From: Candidatus Cloacimonadota bacterium | GTDB lineage: Bacteria > Cloacimonadota > Cloacimonadia > G963667145 | DNA: 64,000 bases | Reading direction: 5' to 3' | Assembly (NCBI GenBank): GCA_963676615.1 | Contig: OY781092.1 | Coordinates: 512,001 to 576,000 of the forward strand | Part shown: in pieces, positions 1 through 10,253 of the stretch | How the letters are laid out: every line of letters starts with the position of its first letter | Numbering within the stretch: the first letter of the stretch is position 1 | Notes under the pieces: generated by a model | Told to the model about the DNA's origin: nothing | The model's input: the letters and a program-made list of their open reading frames with translations, nothing else | The model's database searches: none | Translations under genes and position numbers: made by a program

Positions 1-68
1 TTTTGGTGGAAAGTAGCGGCAATAAAGCTGTTTTGCGAAAGATAAAAAATAAATAAGGGAGTAAGAAG

Positions 69-473
69 ATGAAAACTTTACTGATGATAAAGCCTAACTG
101 CACAAAAATGAACAAGATAGGGGAGATTTTGACGATGGTAGAGGATGCTGGATTTGTGATTGAACAGGCGAAAATGTTTACTTTCGACAAAGCGCTAATT
201 GACGGATTTTACGCCGAACATATTGGGAAAGAGTTTTTTCCGCGCCTAGAGAGTTTTATGATTTCCGATAGAACTTTGGCGGTGGTCTTGAGCAAAGAGA
301 ACGCTATCGACGATTTGCGGGAGCTTGTGGGCAACACCGACCCGAGCAAAGCAGCCCCTGGCACCATCAGGGCGTTGTATGGAACAAATGTCACCCAAAA
401 CGGCGTGCATGCCAGCGATTGTCCAAAAAGCGCAAGCCGAGAAATCGGGTTTCTTTTTTCACAAAATAAATAA
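69..473 (+). CDS. ndk: nucleoside diphosphate kinase
   Basis: TLLMIKP, FYAEH, APGTIRALYG and NGVHASD (catalytic His) motifs; GGGAG RBS upstream. Confidence 0.97.
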   Translation: MKTLLMIKPNCTKMNKIGEILTMVEDAGFVIEQAKMFTFDKALIDGFYAEHIGKEFFPRLESFMISDRTLAVVLSKENAIDDLRELVGNTDPSKAAPGTIRALYGTNVTQNGVHASDCPKSASREIGFLFSQNK

Positions 474-501
474 AAAATAATTATAAAGAGGGGATATAAG
501 G

Positions 502-1704
502 ATGAAAATCTTCGTGTTAAATTGTGGTAGCTCGTCTATTAAATTTCAGTTTATCAACACAGAAACTGGCGATGTTATGGCGAAAGGTTTGGTGGAGCGG
601 ATTGGCGAGGATATGGGAATTTACACCTACAAAAGTGAGCCATATACCAAAAAAAATCTGAATCTTTTAATCGAAAATCACGCCAAGGGAATCGATTTTA
701 TTTTAAAAGATTTGATGCATAGCGAGCATGGGGTGATCGGGTCTGTGCAGGAGATTGATGGCGTTGGACACCGCGTTGTGCATGGCGGAGAGCATTATTC
801 GGAGTCTGTGGTTATCGACGACGATGTCAAAAAAGCTATCCGTGAGTGCTTTGACATTGCGCCGCTGCACAACCCTGCGAATATGATGGGCGTGGAAGCT
901 GTGGAAAATGTTTTGCCGGGAGTTCGCCAGGTGGCAGTTTTCGACACCGCTTTTCACCAAACGATGCCCAACAAAGCTTATCTTTACGGACTTCCCCTGA
1001 AATATTACACCGAGCACAAAATCCGCAAATACGGTTTCCACGGCACGAGCCACAAATTTGTGGCAGGCAGAGTCTCGGAATATGAGCGAAGAATGTTGCG
1101 CTCGATGAAGATAATTACCTGTCACATCGGCAACGGAGCGTCGATTACCGCCATAAATCACGGCAAATCTGTGGACACATCGATGGGCTTTACGCCGCTT
1201 GCGGGCTTGCTGATGGGCACCAGAAGCGGCAATATCGACCCCGCAATTCCGCTGTTTATGATCGATCATCTGAAGATGGAGTCAAAAGAGGTGCAAAATG
1301 TCCTTAATAAGCAAGGCGGAATTTTGGGCTTGTCCGAATTTAGTAACGATATGCGCGAGATCGAGGAGAAGATTTTGCACGATCACGACCAAAAAATCGC
1401 CACCGCTTTCGATGTTTATTGCTATCGCATCAAAAAATACATCGGAGCTTACGCTGCGGTGATGAACGGCGTGGACATCATCGTTTTCACTGGCGGAGTG
1501 GGCGAGAATATGCCGATTTTGCGGGAGATGGTCTGCACCGATATGGAGTATTTGGGCGTCAAAATGGATGTGAAAAAGAACAACACCAGAGTTGAGGATG
1601 TGCTCGATTTTTCTGCCGAAGATTCCAAAGTGAAGCTTTTGAAAGTTGCCACCAACGAGGAGCTGATGATCGCTCTGGAGACCGAGGAACTTTTGTCGAA
1701 CTAG
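502..1704 (+). CDS. ackA: acetate kinase
   Basis: VLNCGSSSIK, GHRVVHGGE, APLHNPAN, YGFHGTSH, DTSMGFTPL and TNEELMIA motifs. Confidence 0.97.
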   Translation: MKIFVLNCGSSSIKFQFINTETGDVMAKGLVERIGEDMGIYTYKSEPYTKKNLNLLIENHAKGIDFILKDLMHSEHGVIGSVQEIDGVGHRVVHGGEHYSESVVIDDDVKKAIRECFDIAPLHNPANMMGVEAVENVLPGVRQVAVFDTAFHQTMPNKAYLYGLPLKYYTEHKIRKYGFHGTSHKFVAGRVSEYERRMLRSMKIITCHIGNGASITAINHGKSVDTSMGFTPLAGLLMGTRSGNIDPAIPLFMIDHLKMESKEVQNVLNKQGGILGLSEFSNDMREIEEKILHDHDQKIATAFDVYCYRIKKYIGAYAAVMNGVDIIVFTGGVGENMPILREMVCTDMEYLGVKMDVKKNNTRVEDVLDFSAEDSKVKLLKVATNEELMIALETEELLSN

Positions 1705-1721
1705 AAAAAAAAAACTAAAAT

Positions 1722-1754
1722 AAAAAGCCATCGATTTTTTTGATGGCTTTTTTT
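1722..1754. terminator. bidirectional intrinsic terminator
   Basis: AAAAAGCCATC/GATGGCTTTTT inverted repeat with A and T tails between convergent ackA and the TPR gene. Confidence 0.85.
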
Positions 1755-1768
1755 ATTAGGGGAAAAAA

Positions 1769-2625
1769 TTATTGGGTAAGCATCTCGATTAAGTTTTGCA
1801 ACTTTCTGCTTTTGGGCACAAAAACTGGAATTTTTTTGGCGATGATTTTCGCTTTTTCGGTCTGTCCTAGGCGCAGATAAATTTTGATTAGATGTTCAAA
1901 AATGGAGGCGTCGAACGGCGAAAATCGCAGAGCTTTTCTAAAATAGTCGATCGCTGGCGAAAACAAACCGATTCTGTAGGCGGTTTGCGCCAAAATTTTG
2001 ATGTTGCCCAGATAGTTGAAGCCGTCTTTTTCCGCTTGCAAAAGGTGGTCGTATGCCGCCAGCCATTTTTTTGGCAATACAAATAGTAGCCCAAAAGGAA
2101 GGTAACTTTGTTGCTGTGTGGGTATTTTTTTTGCAAAATTTCGATGAACTCTTTGGCTTTTGCAAATTTTTTTAAGGAAATATATTGCTCACAAAGCAAA
2201 AAAGAGACAGCTTCGGGATTGGTTGGATCGTCCAAAATCGACTCCAGCAAAGAGGTGGCTTCGTCTGGAACTTGCAGGTGGATGCAACACACCGCTTTTT
2301 TGAAAATCGAGGCGCTAGACGGATTTGCAATCTGCTCCAAGCAGTTTTTGGCAGCCACAAAGTTGAAGTCGAGCATATGCAGGTTCGCCATTTTGTGCAA
2401 AACGCTCTCTTTGTGCGGCGCGGCTTTGTCGGCTTGGCGGTAATATTGCAGGGCTTTTTGGTTTTTGTTTTTGAAAAGATGCAAGTCGCCTAAAGCCTCC
2501 AAAAGTTGCGGGTCGCTGCTAAATTCGCTCAGTCCATTTTGCAAAATAGTTAGCGACTTTATCCAGTTTTTTCTTTTTGCTTGAGCCGCTTGGGCGATGA
2601 TATTGTTGACTTTTGTGGGCATCAA
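1769..2625 (-). pseudogene. TPR-repeat protein, frameshifted at an A7 tract (about 285 aa if one A is restored)
   Basis: ORF 1888-2625 has TPR-like helices up to ...LGYYLYCQK, and the TPR pattern continues in ORF 1769-2077 (KKWLAAYDHLLQAE...); the frame switch falls on the T7 run at 2066-2072. Confidence 0.75.
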
Positions 2626-3980
2626 AATCCTAGATTACCTGGCATACCGTTCATTTTTCCCAAATTTTTCATCATATTTTTGCGATTTTTTGGGTTGCTG
2701 AGCTGTTTCATCATCTTTTTCATCTGGTCGAATTGCCGCAGAAGCGTGTTGACTTCTTGGACGCTCGTGCCGCTGCCTTTGGCGATTCTCTTGCGCCTTT
2801 GCCCGTCGATAAGTTTGCTTTTGCGGCGCTCAGCCAAAGTCATCGAAGTGATAATCGCTTCTGTTCGTTTAAATTTTTTGGGGTCTAAATCGGCAGATTG
2901 GAGCATCGAGGAGTTGACGCCAGGAATCATTTTGAGAATTGAGGAGAGCGAGCCCATTTTTTGGATTTTTTTCAGTTGCGACAAAAAATCTTCCAAAGTG
3001 AACTGATTTTTGAGCATTCGCTGGGCGGTTTTTTCCGCCTCCTCTTTGTCCATATTTTCTTCGGCTTTTTCGATTAGGCTTAGGATGTCGCCCATTCCCA
3101 AAATTCGCGAAGCCATTCTGTCGGGATAAAATTTTTCCAAATCGGAGATTTTTTCGCCAACACCGCAGAACGCTATCGGTTTTTGGGAGACGGCACGAAT
3201 GGACAAAGCCGCACCACCGCGCGCATCGGAGTCCAATTTGGTCAAAATCGAAGCGTCGATGCCCACTTTTTCTGCAAAACCTTTTGCAGAGTTGATGGCG
3301 TCTTGCCCCGTCATTGCGTCGGCGACGAAAAAGATGTAGTCGGGTTTGATTTTTTTCTTTAGCCCAGATAGCTCTTTCATCAGCTCTTCGTCCAAATGCA
3401 AACGACCAGCTGTGTCAATAATAACAAGGTTTTGTTTTTCTTTTTGCGCTCTTTTGAGAGCCGACTTGCAGATTTTTATCGGGTCGGTTTTGCCAAGGCT
3501 TTCTACAGGAATGCTCAGCTGCTTGCCGAGTGTCTCTAGCTGCTGGATCGCCGCTGGTCGATAGATGTCGCACGCCACCAGCAAAGGCTCAAGCTTTAGA
3601 TTTTTGCGGGCAAAGTTGGCAAATTTGGCGCAAGTTGTTGTTTTTCCAGAGCCTTGCAGACCAACAAACATCACTTTATTGATTTTGTCTTTGGGCAAAT
3701 TTAGTGCAAACTCGCTTTCGCCCATCAGCTTTGTCAGCTGCTCCTTGACGATTTTTATTACCTGCTGGCTAGGATTTAGGCTCTTGAGCACCTTTTGCCC
3801 AACCGTCACTTTCTCGATCTCTTGGATGAAATTTTTGACAATCTTAAAGTTGACATCCGCCTCCAGCAAAGCCATCCGCACTTGTTTGAGCGCGTCCTGA
3901 ATGTTGCTCTGCTGGAGCACAGCTTTGCCCTTAATCGATTTGAAAATCGCCTGAAATTTATCGGAAAGATTATCGAACAT
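2622..3980 (-). CDS. ffh: signal recognition particle protein Ffh
   Basis: ALLEADVN, GLQGSGKTT, DTAGR, TKLDSDARGGAA and M-domain RIAKGSG motifs. Confidence 0.98.
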   Translation of the reverse strand: MFDNLSDKFQAIFKSIKGKAVLQQSNIQDALKQVRMALLEADVNFKIVKNFIQEIEKVTVGQKVLKSLNPSQQVIKIVKEQLTKLMGESEFALNLPKDKINKVMFVGLQGSGKTTTCAKFANFARKNLKLEPLLVACDIYRPAAIQQLETLGKQLSIPVESLGKTDPIKICKSALKRAQKEKQNLVIIDTAGRLHLDEELMKELSGLKKKIKPDYIFFVADAMTGQDAINSAKGFAEKVGIDASILTKLDSDARGGAALSIRAVSQKPIAFCGVGEKISDLEKFYPDRMASRILGMGDILSLIEKAEENMDKEEAEKTAQRMLKNQFTLEDFLSQLKKIQKMGSLSSILKMIPGVNSSMLQSADLDPKKFKRTEAIITSMTLAERRKSKLIDGQRRKRIAKGSGTSVQEVNTLLRQFDQMKKMMKQLSNPKNRKNMMKNLGKMNGMPGNLGF

Positions 3981-3998
3981 AAAATCTAACTTGCTCTT

Positions 3999-5006
3999 TT
4001 ATAGCGCTTTAGCGATTTTTTCTGCCAACTCCACAACGCGATTTGAATATCCCCACTCGTTATCATACCAGATAATCAATTTGGCGAAATTCTCGCCAAT
4101 CATTTTCGTCGAATCGGCGTCAAATATGCACGAATGCGTGTTGTGAATGATGTCCACGGAGACGATTTTGTCTTCGGTGTACTCCAAAATTCCTTGCAAT
4201 TCGCTCTCGGCAGCTTTTTTTACCGCTTGATTGATTTGCTCGATAGTAGTGTTTTTTTTCAGTTTAACGGTGAAATCGACCAAAGATCCAGTAATTACGG
4301 GAACTCGCATCGAGCAGCCGTCCAATTTTCCTTTCAGGCTCGGAATAACTTTTTCCACAGCGATAGTTGCCCCAGTGGTTGTTGGGATGATAGATTTGGC
4401 GGCGGCTCTTGCTCTGCGCAGGTCGGAATGCGGGCGGTCGATGAGCACTTGGTCGGAAGTGTAGGCGTGAATTGTGGTCATAAAAGCTGTTTCGATTCCG
4501 AAATTTTCTTCGATAACTTTGGCAACTGGTGCAAGGCAGTTTGTGGTGCAAGAGGCGTTGGAAAAGCTGCGATTGCTTGTGTCCAATTCGTCAGAATTTA
4601 CGCCCAAAACGATGGTCTGGTCGATTTGGTCTTTTGCAGGCACAGTCAAAATTACCCTCTTGGCGCCTGCATCGATGTGGTCCATATAGCCGCCTTTTTC
4701 GCTTTTGGCTAGGCGGAAAATTCCCGTAGATTCGATGGCGATGTCAACGCCCAATTTTGCCCAAGGCAAGTCGGTGATTTTGCGCTCGCTCAAAACTTTT
4801 ATCTCTTTGCCGTTCACGATAATAGCGTTTTCTGCAACTTTCACTTCGCCAGGAAATTTGCCGTATGTTGAGTCGTATTTGAACAAATGAGCCAAAGTCT
4901 TGGCGTCTGCCAAATCGTTAATCGCCACGATATCTAGCCCTTTTTCGATAGCCACTTTGGTTACCGCTCTGCCGATTCTTCCAAATCCGTTAATAGCTAT
5001 TTTCAT
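3999..5006 (-). CDS. gap: type I glyceraldehyde-3-phosphate dehydrogenase
   Basis: AINGFGRIGR, ASCTTNCL and WYDNEWGYS motifs. Confidence 0.98.
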   Translation of the reverse strand: MKIAINGFGRIGRAVTKVAIEKGLDIVAINDLADAKTLAHLFKYDSTYGKFPGEVKVAENAIIVNGKEIKVLSERKITDLPWAKLGVDIAIESTGIFRLAKSEKGGYMDHIDAGAKRVILTVPAKDQIDQTIVLGVNSDELDTSNRSFSNASCTTNCLAPVAKVIEENFGIETAFMTTIHAYTSDQVLIDRPHSDLRRARAAAKSIIPTTTGATIAVEKVIPSLKGKLDGCSMRVPVITGSLVDFTVKLKKNTTIEQINQAVKKAAESELQGILEYTEDKIVSVDIIHNTHSCIFDADSTKMIGENFAKLIIWYDNEWGYSNRVVELAEKIAKAL

Positions 5007-5396
5007 CTTTACTCCTTAATCCTTGCCTTGTTTTTTTTAAAGGTTCTTTTTTAAACAAAAGAGGGGAAAGGCAGATTTGTGTCAATAAATATAATTGGTC
5101 GAGAGGGGAAATTTGTTGATTTTAATTCATAATAGCACTTTGTAATTTGTGTAAGCTCGCCCGATTAACTAATTTTTACGCTTTTCGATTTGAGTTTTTA
5201 TTGCCCGCCTTTTTCCAGCTACTTCTTGTTTTGCCCAAAAATAAAAAAGACACAAAAAACTGGCGTTCCAAACTTGCTCCAAGAGTCTATTTTTTTATTG
5301 ACACAAATTCAAAGAGCCAAATTGATACTTTAAATTAAGGTGTTGGATTGTTTAAAAACGCAAATTTTTATGAAAAAAAGGTTATTTTTAGGGATT

Positions 5397-6209
5397 ATGA
5401 AAAATTTTAATGTTAAAAAGGCGATTTTGCTGGCTGTTTTTAGTGTGCTACTTACGGCTTGCAACGCACAAGAGAAAAAGAGTGTAAAGGGAGACAAGAC
5501 AGTGATTATCAAGACAAATAAGGGCGATATTAAGCTGGAACTTTTTTCGGAATTGGCGCCAAAAACGGTGGCGAATTTTGTTGATTTGGCTAGCGGGAAA
5601 AAGACTGGCAAACCGTTTTATGACGGGCTGATTTTTCATAGAGTTATCAAAGATTTTATGATTCAAGGCGGTTGCCCAAATGGCACTGGCACAGGCGGCC
5701 CAGGTTACACTTTTGAGGACGAATGCTACGAAGATGGACAGCCGATTTCTGGCAAGGTGGACTCTCAAGACAAGGCGCTGCAGGTGTTTCAGGAGATTTT
5801 GATGCCGTATTTGCAAAAGAATGGGCAAAATAGCAACAAGGAGATTGTGGAGTTGGTGACCGAGTGCGGCAACAAGCAGTCGGGCGAGCCGCTGATGGGT
5901 AAAACTGTCGAGGAGTATCTGGAGCTAACCGATCAAAAAGGCAAGAAGATTTATGGTAAAGGAAAGCTGAAAGCGGCGGTCGATTATGGCACGATTTGTA
6001 TGGCGAACTCCGGGCCGAACACCAACGGCAGTCAGTTTTTTATCGTTACCAAAAAAGATGGTTGCGACTGGCTGAACGGCAAACACACGGTTTTCGGCAA
6101 AGTTGTGGACGGAATGGATGTTGTGCAAAAAATTCAGGATGTGAAGACGGGAGCGCAAGACAAGCCAATCGAGCGAGTGGTTATCGAAAAGGTTATTGTT
6201 GAGGATTGA
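5397..6209 (+). CDS. exported cyclophilin-type peptidyl-prolyl isomerase (lipoprotein-like signal, large internal insertion)
   Basis: FHRVIKDFMIQGG, MANSGPNTNGSQFFI and HTVFGKV motifs; LLTAC lipobox-like signal; ATG at 5397 chosen over the ORF-track start at 5340. Confidence 0.9.
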   Translation: MKNFNVKKAILLAVFSVLLTACNAQEKKSVKGDKTVIIKTNKGDIKLELFSELAPKTVANFVDLASGKKTGKPFYDGLIFHRVIKDFMIQGGCPNGTGTGGPGYTFEDECYEDGQPISGKVDSQDKALQVFQEILMPYLQKNGQNSNKEIVELVTECGNKQSGEPLMGKTVEEYLELTDQKGKKIYGKGKLKAAVDYGTICMANSGPNTNGSQFFIVTKKDGCDWLNGKHTVFGKVVDGMDVVQKIQDVKTGAQDKPIERVVIEKVIVED

Positions 6210-6232
6210 CAACGGTTTTAAGGGGATTTTTT

Positions 6233-7999
6233 GTGAATTTGGATTTTTTGGGAGATAATAAGCGTAGCCATTATTGTGGCAACTTGGATGCGAGTCTTGT
6301 CGGTCGCCAAGTGAGTTTGTGTGGCTGGGTGCATCGCCGTCGCGATTTGGGCAAGTTGATTTTTGTGCAACTGCGGGATGTTTCTGGGATTGTGCAGGTG
6401 GTTTTCGATTCGGGAGCGTTTGACGATTTTGCCAAAGTGGAGGCTTTACGCGCGGAGTATGTGCTGTGGGTGAAGGGTGTCGTGCAAAAAAAAGGCGACA
6501 GTGGACAAGAGGTGGAGGTGCTCGCTAGCGATATTTTGCTTTTGAATAATGCGCCAGAGCTGCCAGTGCAGGTGAACGAGGGGACGATGGCGGACGAGGA
6601 TATCAGATTGAAATATCGGTATTTAGACCTGCGGCGTCCAGCTTTGCAGAACATTATCAAAACTCGCTCGAAGATTATCAGTGGCATTCGCAGATTTTTG
6701 GACGGAGAAGGTTTTTTTGAGATTGAGACTCCGATTTTGATGAAAAGCACGCCTGAGGGCGCGCGGGATTATCTGGTGCCGTCTCGTTTGCAAAATGGTA
6801 AATTTTTTGCTTTGCCGCAATCTCCGCAGATTTACAAGCAACTTTTGATGATTTCGGGCTTTGACAAATATTATCAGATAGCTAAATGCTTTCGGGACGA
6901 GGATTTACGAGCGGATCGGCAACCTGAGTTTACCCAGCTGGATATGGAGATGAGTTTTGTGACGCAGGAAGATATTTTTGCGATTAACCAGCGTCTTTTT
7001 CAATATCTTTTCAAAGAGATTTTGGGCGTGGATTTGTCTGAATTTCCTAGACTTACCTACAATCAAGCGATGGAAGATTATGGTAGTGATAAGCCCGATT
7101 TGCGTTTTGGGATGAAGCTTAAAAATTTGAGCGAAGTTTTGCAAGATACTGAGTTTAAAGTGTTTGCGTCGGCTTTGGCAGATGGCGGATCGGTGCGATG
7201 CGTGGTTGCTCCTGGCTGTGGGTCGTTCTCTCGCAAGCAGATAGACGAGTTCGTGGCAGTGGCTAAACACTTGGGGGGCAAGGGACTTGCGCACACTAAG
7301 GTTGAGGGCGGAAAACTTGAGGGTGGTGTGGCAAAGTTTTTGAGTGACGCTGAGCAGAAAGCGATTATTAAGACTTCTGGCGCGAAAGACGGCGATTTGA
7401 TTTTTTATGCAAGTGATAGCAATAGCGTCGTTTACAAAGTGCTGGATGGTGTGCGCAGAGCGCTGGGCAAGCAGCTTGGGCTTTGCGATGATGAGCAGTT
7501 TGCGTTTGCGTGGATTACAGATTTCCCGCTTTTTGAGTATGACCAAGAAAATGGTCGCTGGGTAGCGTGCCACCATATGTTCACCAATCCGAAAGAGGAA
7601 CATCTGAAATATTTTGAGAACGAAGCCGATTATGGCAAAATTCAGGGAATGCTCTACGATCTTGTTTGCAACGGAATGGAGATTAGCTCGGGCAGCATCC
7701 GTTGTCATCGGGCTGATATTCAAAAGAAAATTTTCGACCTTTTGGGTTTTGAGCAAGAGGAGCTGGACGAGAAGTTTGGGTTTTTCTTGGAGGCGCTAAA
7801 GTATGGCACACCGCCGCACGGCGGCATCGCTCCGGGAATTGACAGACTGGTGATGATTATGACCAAGGCGGCTTCTATCCGCGATGTGATAGCTTTTCCC
7901 AAAACTTTGAAAGCGGTCGATTTGATGAGTCAGTCGCCTTCGCAGGTGGATATCTCGCAACTGGAAGAGCTGGGTATAGAGATTAAAAAGAATAAATAA
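6233..7999 (+). CDS. aspS: aspartate--tRNA ligase
   Basis: GWVHRRRDLG, STPEGARDY, LPQSPQIYKQ, FRDEDLRADRQPEFTQ and PPHGGIAPGIDR motifs; start estimated at GTG 6233. Confidence 0.97.
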   Translation: MNLDFLGDNKRSHYCGNLDASLVGRQVSLCGWVHRRRDLGKLIFVQLRDVSGIVQVVFDSGAFDDFAKVEALRAEYVLWVKGVVQKKGDSGQEVEVLASDILLLNNAPELPVQVNEGTMADEDIRLKYRYLDLRRPALQNIIKTRSKIISGIRRFLDGEGFFEIETPILMKSTPEGARDYLVPSRLQNGKFFALPQSPQIYKQLLMISGFDKYYQIAKCFRDEDLRADRQPEFTQLDMEMSFVTQEDIFAINQRLFQYLFKEILGVDLSEFPRLTYNQAMEDYGSDKPDLRFGMKLKNLSEVLQDTEFKVFASALADGGSVRCVVAPGCGSFSRKQIDEFVAVAKHLGGKGLAHTKVEGGKLEGGVAKFLSDAEQKAIIKTSGAKDGDLIFYASDSNSVVYKVLDGVRRALGKQLGLCDDEQFAFAWITDFPLFEYDQENGRWVACHHMFTNPKEEHLKYFENEADYGKIQGMLYDLVCNGMEISSGSIRCHRADIQKKIFDLLGFEQEELDEKFGFFLEALKYGTPPHGGIAPGIDRLVMIMTKAASIRDVIAFPKTLKAVDLMSQSPSQVDISQLEELGIEIKKNK

Positions 8000-8037
8000 A
8001 TTTCACCAGAGGAAAAAATTTAAGGTGAAATTAAGGA

Positions 8038-8223
8038 GTGGAAATGGAATATATTGTAGAAAAAAACTTGTTTGTGACTAAGTTGGAAAATTTTTTGAAC
8101 GAAAAGGCGCAAGAGGGCTACAGGCTTTGCACAATCGTTCCTGGCGAGGTCGAAAAAGATTATAAAGGAATGGGGAACGATCGCGTGGGAATGGTGAATG
8201 TGGTAATGTCTAGGGAGAATTGA
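8038..8223 (+). CDS. small DUF4177-like protein
   Basis: AAGGAG RBS; LENFLNEKAQEGYRL pattern typical of DUF4177; overlaps the start of the next gene. Confidence 0.6.
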   Translation: MEMEYIVEKNLFVTKLENFLNEKAQEGYRLCTIVPGEVEKDYKGMGNDRVGMVNVVMSREN

Positions 8224-9086
8224 TGTCGGCGAAAGTAGTGGCTACGGTTGATGGATTTGAGATTACGCAAGCTGATTTGGATAGGGTGACGAAAGCTTTT
8301 GCGTATCAAGAGAAGAAGAAACCAGAGGAGATCGAGCCAGAGCAGGTGCGGGTTTTGCTGGATCGCTTGGTGCAAAATAGGTTGCTTTTTGAAGAAGGTG
8401 GCAAGCGAAATCTGAAAGTTGAGGATGCGGAGATTGAGCGGGAGCTTTCGGTTTACTTTTCGCGCTTTGGCGGAAAGGATAAGTTCGAAGAACTTTTGGG
8501 CAAAGAGGGCGTGAGCTTGGATAAATTCAGGCAAGATTTGCAAAAAGATTTGCTCATTCACAAAACTATCGATTCTGAGGTTGAGGCAAAGGCGGAAGTT
8601 AGCGACGCCGATGTAGCAGATTATTACGAGAAAAACAAAGAGAAGATGGTGATTCCAGAGAAAGTTGGAGCCAGCCATATTTTGTTTGGCACGCAAAATT
8701 GCAGTGAGCAAGAGGCGAAGTCTAAGGCGGAGAAAGTGGTGGCAGAGCTGAAAGACGGCGCTAGTTTTCAGCAAAAGGCGCGTGAGCATTCGGATTGTCC
8801 GTCCAAAGAAAAAGGCGGCTCGCTGGGCGCTTTTGGCAAAGGTCAGATGGTGCCAGAGTTCGAGAAAGCCGTTTTTGAGATGGAAGTTGGGCAGATTAGC
8901 GATCCTGTAAAGACGCAGTTTGGCTATCACATAATCAAAAAAGATTCGCAGACCGCACGGCAAGAGCTGGATTTGGAGTCGGTGAAATTGCATATTGCCA
9001 AGGAGCTGAAGATGGCTCAGGGCAAGGAGATTGTGGACGCTTTGACGCAAGAGCTTCGGGCTAAGGCGAAGATTGAGTATCTGTAG
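8220..9086 (+). CDS. PpiC/parvulin-type peptidyl-prolyl isomerase with SurA-N-like domain
   Basis: VATVDGFEIT, ASHILF, SDCPSKEKGGSLG, GQMVPEFE and TQFGYHII motifs; no signal peptide visible. Confidence 0.9.
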   Translation: MMSAKVVATVDGFEITQADLDRVTKAFAYQEKKKPEEIEPEQVRVLLDRLVQNRLLFEEGGKRNLKVEDAEIERELSVYFSRFGGKDKFEELLGKEGVSLDKFRQDLQKDLLIHKTIDSEVEAKAEVSDADVADYYEKNKEKMVIPEKVGASHILFGTQNCSEQEAKSKAEKVVAELKDGASFQQKAREHSDCPSKEKGGSLGAFGKGQMVPEFEKAVFEMEVGQISDPVKTQFGYHIIKKDSQTARQELDLESVKLHIAKELKMAQGKEIVDALTQELRAKAKIEYL

Positions 9087-9092
9087 GCGGCG

Positions 9093-10247
9093 ATGACGCA
9101 GTCGGAAAAATTGCAAGAGATTGCCAAAAAAGTTGCTGCTCGTCAAAGTTCTGCCGATTTTGCAGCCGACTCTTTGCACACAAAAAGATTGAAAGAGGAG
9201 AGTGGACACTCGTTTCGCTCTCCCTTTGCTTTGGATCGCGACCGCATCATCTACAGCGGTGCGTATCGTCGTTATCAGGGGAAGACGCAGGTTTTTTCGT
9301 TTACCAATTTTTTTGACGAAGAGATGAGCAATCGCAGCCTGCACACCACCTATGTTTCGCAGATTGCACGGACGATTGCCAAGATGCTGAATCTTGATCA
9401 GGAGCTTGTAGAAGCTATCGCTTTGGGGCACGATTTGGGGCACGCTCCTTTTGGTCATGCTGGCGAAAAAGCTCTCTCAAAATGTTCGCAAAATCGCGGC
9501 TTGGGCTATTTTCATCACAATGTGCAGTCGCTACGGGTAGTGGACAAAATCGCCAAAAAGGGTCAGGGGCTAAATCTGACATTTGCTGTTCGCGACGGCA
9601 TAATCTCGCACGATGGCGAGGTGCATTCCGAAAAAATTTCGCCGCAAAAAAACAAGACGGAACTCGATTTGCAAAAGTATGTGCAAGCCAAAAAAAGCGG
9701 CGAGCCGAGCAATATGATGCCCGCAACTTTGGAAGGTTGCGTGGTGCGAATGGCGGACACGATTGCCTACATCGGTCAGGATGTCGAGGACGCCATCAGG
9801 CTTGGTCTGATACGGCGTGATGATTTGCCGCAGGAAGTGAAGCTTCATTTAGGCTCAACCAACTCTCAAATTGTTGACACTTTGATAAAAAGCGTCGTTC
9901 TCGGTTCTTGGGAAAAAGATTTCATCGCTTTTGCGGGCGACACCGCCGACTACCTCAAAATCCTCAAAGATTTTAACTACAAAAATATCTATTTGCGCTC
10001 GGATTTTGATTTACAACGGAAGATAAATTTTGGCGTAAATATCTTGTTTGAAAAGTATTTAGACGATTTGCAAAACGAGAAAAAAGAGTCTCGAATTTTT
10101 GAGCATTTTTTGAATAGCAAAGGCGAAAATTATCTGAGATCGGTCGAGTCCAAGAGCGACCCGAGAATTGTAATCGATTTTATCGCCACGATGACCGACC
10201 GCTATTTCAACCAGGAGCTGAAAAACTATTTGGTTTTGCAAGACTAA
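9093..10247 (+). CDS. dgt: HD-domain dGTP triphosphohydrolase-like protein
   Basis: RSPFALDRDRI, GKTQVF, ALGHDLGHAPFGHAGE, ADTIAY and IATMTD motifs. Confidence 0.85.
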   Translation: MTQSEKLQEIAKKVAARQSSADFAADSLHTKRLKEESGHSFRSPFALDRDRIIYSGAYRRYQGKTQVFSFTNFFDEEMSNRSLHTTYVSQIARTIAKMLNLDQELVEAIALGHDLGHAPFGHAGEKALSKCSQNRGLGYFHHNVQSLRVVDKIAKKGQGLNLTFAVRDGIISHDGEVHSEKISPQKNKTELDLQKYVQAKKSGEPSNMMPATLEGCVVRMADTIAYIGQDVEDAIRLGLIRRDDLPQEVKLHLGSTNSQIVDTLIKSVVLGSWEKDFIAFAGDTADYLKILKDFNYKNIYLRSDFDLQRKINFGVNILFEKYLDDLQNEKKESRIFEHFLNSKGENYLRSVESKSDPRIVIDFIATMTDRYFNQELKNYLVLQD

Positions 10248-10253
10248 AATTTT

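Noticed and set aside
8160..9458. 432-aa antisense ORF (and similar ones at 6905-7756, 26748-27632, 29023-29898 and 33478-34464)
   Set aside because: All fully overlap well-supported genes on the other strand, with no RBS or domain evidence.
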